The position numbers and the translations under genes are program-made. The notes beneath the pieces are model-generated. The model saw only the letters and a list, made by a program, of their open reading frames with translations, was not told where the DNA came from and did not search any database. Source: a virus (taxonomy: Duplodnaviria > Caudoviricetes). Taken from it: a stretch of DNA of 33,456 bases. Location of the stretch: positions 1 to 33,456 of the IMG/VR virus record IMGVR_UViG_3300038317_000322. One strand, 5' to 3'. Positions 26,473-33,456 of this stretch are shown here, piece by piece. Position 1 is the stretch's first letter; each line of letters starts with the position of its first letter.

Positions 26473-26694
26473 TTAACCCTCTTCTACGAAAGCTGAAAGC
26501 TTTTGAACGTCTCTGATTGATATATCTTTATATCTTGCGCTAAGCCTTTTCCGTTCATCCGCTCCGCAAATGGCACTGAGAAGACTGGAAGCCTCTCTTT
26601 TTGCAAACCATATTCCCTTGAAATAGTATGGGCCGCTTATCACGCCGTTTTTAGCCAACATCTTTAAAAGACTTTTCCCTATTTTTTCAAGCAT
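26473..26694 (-). CDS. Hypothetical protein
   Basis: ATG 26694 with GAGGAGG SD inside the alpA 3' end. Confidence 0.55.
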   Translation of the reverse strand: MLEKIGKSLLKMLAKNGVISGPYYFKGIWFAKREASSLLSAICGADERKRLSARYKDISIRDVQKLSAFVEEG

Positions 26695-26890
26695 TCGCTT
26701 CGGCCTCCTCTTCAATTTTCTGAACAAGATTTTTTATGTCAGATACTTTCCAACCAACTATATTTCCAGTGATTTTTATTCCTTTGGGGAACCGTCCCTC
26801 TCTAATTCCGTCGTACCATGTTGTTCGTGAAACCGGTATGACTTGAAGAACTTGCGGGAGTCGCATAAAACCGAAATCCGGGATGTTCAT
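26687..26890 (-). CDS. alpA: AlpA-family regulator / recombination directionality factor
   Basis: FMRLPQVL...VSRTTWY..IREGRFPK.IK....VGW..SDI; SD AAGGAGG. Confidence 0.9.
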   Translation of the reverse strand: MNIPDFGFMRLPQVLQVIPVSRTTWYDGIREGRFPKGIKITGNIVGWKVSDIKNLVQKIEEEAEANA

Positions 26891-26950
26891 GATGTCGTAA
26901 CCTCCTTTGCGACCATTTGACCTGTTTGACGTTCATAAATGCTGTACATG

Positions 26951-27145
26951 TTACTTTGGGACGTCCTCAAGGTGTTCTTGAAGATGAGATGGACGGCGAG
27001 GAGACAACCTGTTAGCCTCTATTCTTCCCAGCACATATTCCTTCTCTCCTATCGCCAATAGCACCCAACCTTGAGACAACAAAGAATTCACTTCGTCATG
27101 GTCATTCGTAGTTCTTATCTTGTTTACTCCGTACAGTATCGACAT
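26951..27145 (-). CDS. Hypothetical protein
   Basis: SD AGGAGG; EVNSLLSQGWVLL motif. Confidence 0.6.
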   Translation of the reverse strand: MSILYGVNKIRTTNDHDEVNSLLSQGWVLLAIGEKEYVLGRIEANRLSPRRPSHLQEHLEDVPK

Positions 27146-27166
27146 AACACACCTCCTGAGCTCTCT

Positions 27167-27624
27167 CTATTCGACTATCAAGGTCCCTGCTCGCTTTGTT
27201 TTTATTCCTGAAAGAGCCTCTATATACTTATTGAGTTTCCGAAGCGCATAAACAAACAGAAATCCTTTTTCAGTGTTCGCTTCCCCGTTATCCATAAGGT
27301 CTTGGAATATCACTGTTACTTCTTCCGGCGTATCGCAAGTTTCATGCAATATTTGAACTGCCTGTATAGCCTCCGCAAGAATGTTTATTAGATGGAAGCC
27401 GCTGAGCTCTCTTTCCTGCGGAGGGGTGTAGGGTTTATCAGTTCGTCAATTGTGCAACTAAATAAATCTGCCAGTTTTTTAAGGTTCTTAATTCCTGGAT
27501 CTACCTCATGTGCAGGATTATCGGATTCCCATCTATAAATCGTGTTTTCTGTAACACCCATAGCTGCAGCAAGCTGAATCTGCGTCATTTTTTTTCTTTT
27601 TCTTTGAACGGAGATTCCTTTCAA
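27167..27624 (-). CDS. Predicted Cro -1 frameshift fusion (152 aa)
   Basis: A AAC CCT at 27430-27436 plus downstream 12-bp stem; the -1 frame is open to TAG at 27167. Confidence 0.55.
27388..27624 (-). CDS. cro: Cro-like HTH_XRE repressor
   Basis: MTQIQLAAAMGVTENTIYRWE...LADLF; divergent from cI; TTG start with purine-rich SD. Confidence 0.88.
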   Translation of the reverse strand: MKGISVQRKRKKMTQIQLAAAMGVTENTIYRWESDNPAHEVDPGIKNLKKLADLFSCTIDELINPTPLRRKESSAASI

Positions 27625-27657
27625 AGGATCGCCCCCTTTCCTTAATTTTCTTCATAC

Positions 27658-27796
27658 CCTTAACTTAGTGTAGATATTACACTTAACATAATTATTAATC
27701 AATAGGACAAAAGCCCTATATCTACAATATGTTAAGGCTTTTATTCCTCTGGTATGAACTTTAATCAGATTGATGTTTGCCTTAATTGTGTGTAGA
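27658..27796. promoter_or_regulatory. Three 17-bp putative operators CCTTAA-N5-TGTAGA
   Basis: 27658-27674 (+), 27721-27737 (-), 27780-27796 (+), in the cI/cro intergenic region. Confidence 0.75.
27674..27702 (-). promoter_or_regulatory. Lytic (cro) promoter
   Basis: Minus strand TTGATT-17 bp-TAATAT, with the predicted start region overlapped by the first operator. Confidence 0.6.
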
Positions 27797-27814
27797 GTAA
27801 TATGGGTGATTAAA

Positions 27815-28528
27815 ATGTCGTTAGGGAAAAGATTAAAGGCTCTGAGGAAGGTAAGAGGGTTTAAACAAAGAGATTTAGCAAAAGTTCTCGGTATATCCGA
27901 GAATACTATGTATCGTTGGGAAGCCGATATGAACGCCCCCTCTGATGAAGATAAAAAACGCTTAGCCTCTATTCTTGGGACATCCATAGCCTACCTTATG
28001 GGAGAGACAGAAGAGCCAGCCGCCTCTAAAGAAGCAACTGTTCGAAAAGATTCTATTAGGCATTTTGATCAATGGATTGAAATACCTGTTCTTGATCCAA
28101 CAGCTATTGCATGTGCCGGACGAGGTAATGGGGGCATGATTGAGATTTATGCTAGCGCTGAAAAAACGATACTTCTACCCATTGATGTCGTAGGAAATAT
28201 CTCTATAGATGCTGATAAAAAGCCGTTTGCCGTTTTGGTTGAAGGAGATAGTATGGAAGGCGCCGGAATCCCTGACAGAAGCACAGTCGTTGTGAATCCC
28301 GCAGAAGAAGTATATGACGGTGATGTTGCCTTAGTTTGTTTTGGCTTGCAAAAAGAATGGGCAATAAAATGGGTATATTTCGACACAAAAGATGGTTCTG
28401 TTGAAATCCGTTCTGCTGCCCCCCAATACAAGCCCAGAAGCTTTACTAAAGAAGAAATAAACATGGGACTTTTTTATATCGTCGGGAAAGTGACACTTCT
28501 AACGGCGGTTCCAAGGAAAGGAATTTGA
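27815..28528 (+). CDS. cI: CI repressor, HTH plus S24 peptidase
   Basis: LGKRLKALRK...GISENTMYRWE; Ala-Gly cleavage site (ACAG), VEGDSM serine, AIKW lysine. Confidence 0.95.
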   Translation: MSLGKRLKALRKVRGFKQRDLAKVLGISENTMYRWEADMNAPSDEDKKRLASILGTSIAYLMGETEEPAASKEATVRKDSIRHFDQWIEIPVLDPTAIACAGRGNGGMIEIYASAEKTILLPIDVVGNISIDADKKPFAVLVEGDSMEGAGIPDRSTVVVNPAEEVYDGDVALVCFGLQKEWAIKWVYFDTKDGSVEIRSAAPQYKPRSFTKEEINMGLFYIVGKVTLLTAVPRKGI

Positions 28529-28572
28529 TCTTTATCTAAAATACACGTTTTACTACTTAAGGAGTGACCAGC

Positions 28573-29391
28573 ATGAAATGTGAAAGGTGCGGCGCTGAAT
28601 ATAGTGGGGATATTTGTCTCCATTGTCTTTGGCGAATGCACTGGGGAGATAAAATACATGACGAGCCACCCCAACAAAGGCGTATGGAGCGAGCTCAACT
28701 TATCGCTAAGGTAGATAATCTAGATGCGGTAAAAGGTTCTTGCACAATTAAAGGAAGTAGCTCTACTCCATATATCACTACTCTTACATCCTGCACTTGC
28801 ACAGACTTTAAACGAGCCTTCAAACGTAAACACACTATCCCTTGTAAACATATTTATTGTCTTGCCCATGAGCTCGGAATTATAGATCTCGGTAAAATTT
28901 CCAACGTTGTTATAACTTTCAATGAAGATAAAAAGCACAAAATTGACTCCCTTCAAGAAGATTCCCAAAAAGAACTTTACGCACTTTTGACGCGTTGGAT
29001 ATATGGTCTAGACACTGGCTCATGGATTTATTGCCGTGATGAATCTAGTCATAGAGAGTTGCTTTCTAAAGAAATCTTACAAGAAGTGGATTCACCAGAA
29101 AGACTTCTTGTCTTAGTCCACATCAGAGATTTACGCCAAGTCTTAAAAGAAAATAATTTAAAATGTCCACGAACAAAGAAAGAAACAATCAAACTTGTCT
29201 ATTCACTTTGTCCAGAATCTGTTGATGAACTTAAAAAAGACTACTGCATAGTGAAATTCAAAGAAGAGGCTCGTGGCATCCGAGGTAAAGTACGAACCCA
29301 TTTGAAAAAGAATTTGTTTCAAGATGATTTCGACTGTACATCAGATGATGCGCTCTATTGGGGAAGTTATATTTACGAACTTTCAGACTAG
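28573..29391 (+). CDS. SWIM zinc-finger protein with N-terminal CxxC-CxxC and SAP-like segment
   Basis: SCTCTDF...PCKHIY; CERC...CLHC; IRDLRQVLKENNLKCPRTKKETI; SD AAGGAG. Confidence 0.75.
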   Translation: MKCERCGAEYSGDICLHCLWRMHWGDKIHDEPPQQRRMERAQLIAKVDNLDAVKGSCTIKGSSSTPYITTLTSCTCTDFKRAFKRKHTIPCKHIYCLAHELGIIDLGKISNVVITFNEDKKHKIDSLQEDSQKELYALLTRWIYGLDTGSWIYCRDESSHRELLSKEILQEVDSPERLLVLVHIRDLRQVLKENNLKCPRTKKETIKLVYSLCPESVDELKKDYCIVKFKEEARGIRGKVRTHLKKNLFQDDFDCTSDDALYWGSYIYELSD

Positions 29392-29410
29392 GTAGGTGGG
29401 AATATTCAAA

Positions 29411-30280
29411 ATGAACATAGACACTCTTTCACCCGATGCAAGAACGATGCTTGCTTTTATTTTGCACATCGACATTATCGGACATCAACATGCAGAAGAG
29501 ATAAACAAAAAACTGCAAAAAGAAGACCCTTCGAAATACAAAAAGCTCATGAAAAAACTCGACTGGCAAACATGGGAGTTGCCAAATAAAGGTATTGAAG
29601 AACTACTTGATAAGAATTTTATTTCTTTTGATAAAAAATATAACAGGGGGACAAAAATAAAGTTCCGCTTGAGCAATAGTCTACAAAGAGCAAAAAACGA
29701 GCTCTACACCACTTTAAAAAGCGAATTAAAACATGGCATTAACATGTGCCAAGAAACAACGCTGGGTTCCTTGTCAACACTTAAGACATTGCTTAAGGCG
29801 TCAAGCACAAATGATAACGATATTCGCTCAGGAAGGATCTTGCAAACTATCAGATGCAAATATTGTTCAGACTGGTATATGCATGTTCCCGACTGTTTTA
29901 ATGCCGCTTTAGATATACAGCTGATGGAGCGCAACAAAAACACCGTCTCCTTTCTTGCCTGGACCCAAGGCTCTAACTTTGGCTTTGCCAAGGGAGACAT
30001 TATTTATAAAAACTCTTATGCGGGCTCAAGTGTCTCTCCTTTGATTCAAATCGATGCTGCGTCCCCTGCAAGTATTCAAGATGGGAAACGTTTCCCAGGA
30101 CATGTAAAGTTTTCATGGCATTTTACAGAAAACAACACATCTCACAGCATGACTCAAGACGAGTTCGTCCACTTCTTGATCAATGGCCCCCAAAAGAAGT
30201 TACAAAAACCACTGAAATCCAGGAGAGATTTCACTGATAAGTTGTTACGTAAAGAATGTCAGCTAACGCTTTTTTCTTAA
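29411..30280 (+). CDS. Hypothetical protein
   Basis: Long AT-rich ORF in the + strand accessory block; no family recognised (alternative GTG start at 29396). Confidence 0.75.
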   Translation: MNIDTLSPDARTMLAFILHIDIIGHQHAEEINKKLQKEDPSKYKKLMKKLDWQTWELPNKGIEELLDKNFISFDKKYNRGTKIKFRLSNSLQRAKNELYTTLKSELKHGINMCQETTLGSLSTLKTLLKASSTNDNDIRSGRILQTIRCKYCSDWYMHVPDCFNAALDIQLMERNKNTVSFLAWTQGSNFGFAKGDIIYKNSYAGSSVSPLIQIDAASPASIQDGKRFPGHVKFSWHFTENNTSHSMTQDEFVHFLINGPQKKLQKPLKSRRDFTDKLLRKECQLTLFS

Positions 30281-30319
30281 AACTTATATTTGGAAATATG
30301 CAGGGAGGAGGTTATTTAA

Positions 30320-31237
30320 ATACTCAACTTTGTAGCTATAGATTTTGAAACAGCGAATGAGAAAAGATGCAGCCCATGTGCTCTTGGAATAGCTATTGTT
30401 GAAAATGGCGAAATTACAGAAACAAAATCGTGGCTCATAAAGCCACCTAAAGATTACTATTACTTCAATCCTTTCAACGTTAGAATTCATGGTATTCAAA
30501 AACGCAATGTAAAAAACAAGCCTGAATTCAACCAAATATGGGAAGAAGTTAAGCCTCTACTTACAAACGCTACCGTCGTTGCGCATAACGCCTCTTTCGA
30601 CATTAGCGTTATTCGAAACACCCTTCCCCTTTACAGTTTAGATATTCCAGATTGTGACATTGTTTGCTCTGTCGCTGTTTCCAAAGGAGCATGGCCTTTT
30701 TTGTCTTCATTCTCCCTGCCTGTAGTAGCAGGTCATCTAGGATTGCCTCTTATACATCACGACGCGGAAGAAGATGCAAAGTGTTCAGCTGAAATCATTT
30801 TGGCAGCGTGCAGGGAGCATAATGTTAACGATTTAAAAAAACTAAAAAAAGAGCTGAGATTCCGCATCGGAGGAATCTGTAACGGGGAGTACACACCTTC
30901 AGGAATTCATTTTCCTGCAAGAGCAAAACCGCGACATCCTTCTCCCGAAGAATGTGGCAAAGATCCTTTTCACCCTTTTTACGAGAAAAAGATTACTTTT
31001 ACAGGAACATTGGTATCTATGACTAGAGAGGAAGCTTTTTGCCTGGTTGAAAAAGCCGGTGGGACCCCTCAACAAGGCGTTACGATGCAAACGAATTATC
31101 TTGTGATGGGCATTCAGGATTATTCCCTATTCACTGATGGGGAAAGAAGTGCCAAGACGAAGAAAGCAGAAGACCTGAGAGCGAAAGGTTTTCCAATAGA
31201 GATAATGTCTGAGGCTGATTTTTTGAAAATAATTTAG
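30320..31237 (+). CDS. DEDDh 3'-5' exonuclease (Pol III epsilon-like) with C-terminal BRCT; ATA start
   Basis: Frame open from ATA 30320: FVAIDFETAN, VAHNASFD, HHDAEEDA; BRCT ITFTGTL..MTREEA...GG...TNYLVMG; GGAGGAGG 8 nt upstream. Confidence 0.88.
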   Translation: MLNFVAIDFETANEKRCSPCALGIAIVENGEITETKSWLIKPPKDYYYFNPFNVRIHGIQKRNVKNKPEFNQIWEEVKPLLTNATVVAHNASFDISVIRNTLPLYSLDIPDCDIVCSVAVSKGAWPFLSSFSLPVVAGHLGLPLIHHDAEEDAKCSAEIILAACREHNVNDLKKLKKELRFRIGGICNGEYTPSGIHFPARAKPRHPSPEECGKDPFHPFYEKKITFTGTLVSMTREEAFCLVEKAGGTPQQGVTMQTNYLVMGIQDYSLFTDGERSAKTKKAEDLRAKGFPIEIMSEADFLKII

Positions 31238-31290
31238 GGGATTTAAGCAATAGAGCCATTTGGCGAATGAAAAAGATGGGGGGCAATAAT

Positions 31291-32307
31291 ATGATTTGGT
31301 GGGAAAAAACGGTTGAATATAAATTTTTTTTACATATGTTGGAACGCGGGCTTATAAGCATATTCCCTCTTGATGGCAATCCAGAAGAAGCTGGAGATGC
31401 CATCCTCAATTTTGAAGGGAATTTTTTACTTATAGAATTTAAAAGGACTAAAAAAGACATCGATTCTGAGAACAAAAAATTTAAGGGAGAAGACGTTTAT
31501 TTTGAAAATGGAGAGTTACTTCCTCAATTAGGAAATAAAGGGGAAAGCTTTTTTTCAAAGCATAGTGAAGAAGCAAAAGCACATTTTTTTATTTATGGGG
31601 AATTTTGTCATGATAGAGCTATCATATGTGCTCAAAATTACTGGTATCCGAAAATTGAGCTAGACACTCCTATTACCATTGGAGAGTGGCATAGACAAAA
31701 GGCTATTCAATCTCATGCAGAAGATCTTTCTGGTTCTCTAGAGCTTGCTTTTTCAACGTTCTTTCTTAATCGAACGAACCGTTCAGGTATCATTAAGGGC
31801 GGTGTTATTGGAGGGAAAAATCAATCTGGAGAATGGAAACTAAGCGCTCGTTTTTCAAAAAGTAATCTCATTAATCGCATTCAAAGAATTGCAAATCGAA
31901 GAGATCAAATAACCCTTTCCCGCATGGATGCGGTAGAGTTCCTTAAAGTATTTCAACATAAGAAGGATTCTGAGCCTTATTTTTTCTATCTAGACCCCCC
32001 ATATTATGAAAAAGGTGCCGGACTTTACGACAATTTTTATCAGCCAGAGGATCACTCAATCTTAGCCAATTATATACAGAAACTAGAATACCCGTGGATT
32101 ATATCCTATGATAACGTTCCTGAAGTTCGTAAGCTTTATAGCGACTATCGAGCAATTACATATTCCCTTAACTATACAGCGCAGACAAAAGAAGTAGGCC
32201 ATGAATTTATGGCTTTTTCTAATGGGCTTACTCTACCTAATGACATTCGTCAAAAAAAATCTTCCTTTGGCTGCATGCGGGATGTCATAGCAGTGAATTG
32301 GAATTAA
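31291..32307 (+). CDS. Chimera: PD-(D/E)xK-like N-terminus fused to the C-terminal part of a D12-class adenine methyltransferase
   Basis: AGDAIL...LIEFKR; then FFLNRTNRSGII, YLDPPYY, WIISYD; no FxGxG motif I. Confidence 0.75.
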   Translation: MIWWEKTVEYKFFLHMLERGLISIFPLDGNPEEAGDAILNFEGNFLLIEFKRTKKDIDSENKKFKGEDVYFENGELLPQLGNKGESFFSKHSEEAKAHFFIYGEFCHDRAIICAQNYWYPKIELDTPITIGEWHRQKAIQSHAEDLSGSLELAFSTFFLNRTNRSGIIKGGVIGGKNQSGEWKLSARFSKSNLINRIQRIANRRDQITLSRMDAVEFLKVFQHKKDSEPYFFYLDPPYYEKGAGLYDNFYQPEDHSILANYIQKLEYPWIISYDNVPEVRKLYSDYRAITYSLNYTAQTKEVGHEFMAFSNGLTLPNDIRQKKSSFGCMRDVIAVNWN

Positions 32308-32310
32308 CGT

Positions 32311-33456
32311 TTATTTCAACTCCTCCAGCCAATTCCCCCACCACTGCATCATTTCTCGTCTCTCCGGAAGATACTCCGCATAGTTATAGGCAGCACGAAC
32401 AGAGTTACCTTCAACGTGAGCAAGTTGACGCTCAATCACGTCAGGAGCCCATCCATGTTCATTCAACACCGTGCTTGCCATGCTCCTGAATCCATGCGGA
32501 GTCATCTCTTCTTTCGTGTACCCGAGCCGCCTGATTGCGGCAAGAAGAGTATTCTCGCTCATAGGTCTGTCTTTTGTTCGAGTTGACGGGAATAAATACC
32601 TACTATTTGCTGAAATAGTTTTCAATGTTTTAAGAACGCCCAGTGCTTGAGAAGAAAGAGGTACGATATGTAGCCGCCGCATTTTCATCTTCTCAGCGGG
32701 AATGCGCCACTCTTTTTTATCTATGTTAATCTCTGACCATTCAGCCTTCCGCAGTTCTCCAGGTCGAACAAACGTGTAGGCTAAAAAAAACAAGGCATTT
32801 TTCACCTGCAAGGTATTCATGCTATCTATTGATCGCATAAGCCCGGCGATATCTTCCTTGTTCGTTAAACTTGCATGGTGCACAACAACCTTAGGCGTTA
32901 GAGCTCCTTTTAAGGTCGCTGTAGGGTCCCCAGTGCATCTTCCTGTGGTAACACCATATCTGAACACCTGTCCGCATATTTGACGTACCCTGTGAGCTGT
33001 TTCGACCTTGCCTTGGGCTTCTATTTGACGTAGTACTTGCAGAATTTCAATAGGTGTTATTTCGGGTATGGGCCTAGTACCAAGAGCAGGAAAAAGATAT
33101 CTTTTTAATCGAGAGGCTACTGTTTCTATGTGCCCAGGGCTTCTTACACCTTCTATTTTTTTCTTAAACCACTCTGTTGCAACGTCCTGAAAAGATCGTG
33201 TTCTATCGTTTGATAGTGGTTGGCCAGTTCGAGCGATAGCCATTTTTGCCTGATCTCGAAGATCTCTAGCTTCTTTTAGTGTTATTGCGGGATATTGCCC
33301 TAAAGATTGTTTATATTCTTTTTTGTCAACCCAATACCTTAACCGCCAGTATTTTTTACCGCTCGTCATGATCTCCAAATACAGACCATCGCTGTCAGAA
33401 AGCATATATCTTCTCTCTCTCGGCTTTGCCTTGCGTATCGCAGTATCAGTCAGCAT
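32311..33456 (-). CDS. int: P4-like tyrosine integrase with arm-binding domain
   Basis: MLTDTAIRKAKP, DGLYL, GKKYWRLRY, VRPGE, HGFRSMAST, QLAH, AAYN. Confidence 0.97.
   Translation of the reverse strand: MLTDTAIRKAKPRERRYMLSDSDGLYLEIMTSGKKYWRLRYWVDKKEYKQSLGQYPAITLKEARDLRDQAKMAIARTGQPLSNDRTRSFQDVATEWFKKKIEGVRSPGHIETVASRLKRYLFPALGTRPIPEITPIEILQVLRQIEAQGKVETAHRVRQICGQVFRYGVTTGRCTGDPTATLKGALTPKVVVHHASLTNKEDIAGLMRSIDSMNTLQVKNALFFLAYTFVRPGELRKAEWSEINIDKKEWRIPAEKMKMRRLHIVPLSSQALGVLKTLKTISANSRYLFPSTRTKDRPMSENTLLAAIRRLGYTKEEMTPHGFRSMASTVLNEHGWAPDVIERQLAHVEGNSVRAAYNYAEYLPERREMMQWWGNWLEELK

Larger units (their letters stand above)
1..33456 (-). mobile_element. Temperate HK97-type siphovirus prophage (integrase to lysis cassette); att sites outside the window
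   Basis: Canonical module order: int, cI/cro, replication, HNH, terS, terL, portal, protease, capsid, head-tail, tail, lysis. The window begins at a stop codon and ends at the integrase start codon. Confidence 0.97.

Noticed and set aside
30284-30535. 83-aa minus-strand ORF
   Set aside because: Antisense to the exonuclease N-terminal domain, which has clear motifs.
1-33456. CRISPR array, tRNA, rRNA or IS element
   Set aside because: No repeat-spacer periodicity, cloverleaf or transposase seen by eye; little intergenic space is left unexplained.

Overview
The whole window is a near-complete temperate, HK97-type long-tailed prophage, mostly encoded on the minus strand. Read right to left it carries a P4-like integrase and a + strand accessory block: SWIM-finger protein, unknown ORF, DEDDh exonuclease-BRCT, and a nuclease-like/Dam-fragment chimera. 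Next come the divergent cI/cro switch and the early genes (alpA, dUTPase, replication initiator with iterons, DnaC-like loader, putative late regulator). These are followed by a second, small tyrosine recombinase with an adjacent 13-6-13 core-type site, then HNH/cos/terminase, portal-protease-capsid, head-tail genes, two paralogous tail-tube genes, G/GT chaperones, tape measure, tail tip/fibre and lysis genes. The att sites lie outside the window. The most striking feature is a -1 frameshift-like signal at the end of cro (A AAC CCT, 5-nt spacer, 12-bp stem). It would fuse the Cro HTH to a downstream 87-aa frame that lacks a good start of its own, suggesting a recoded two-product genetic switch. 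All family assignments are motif recognition by eye, not database searches.
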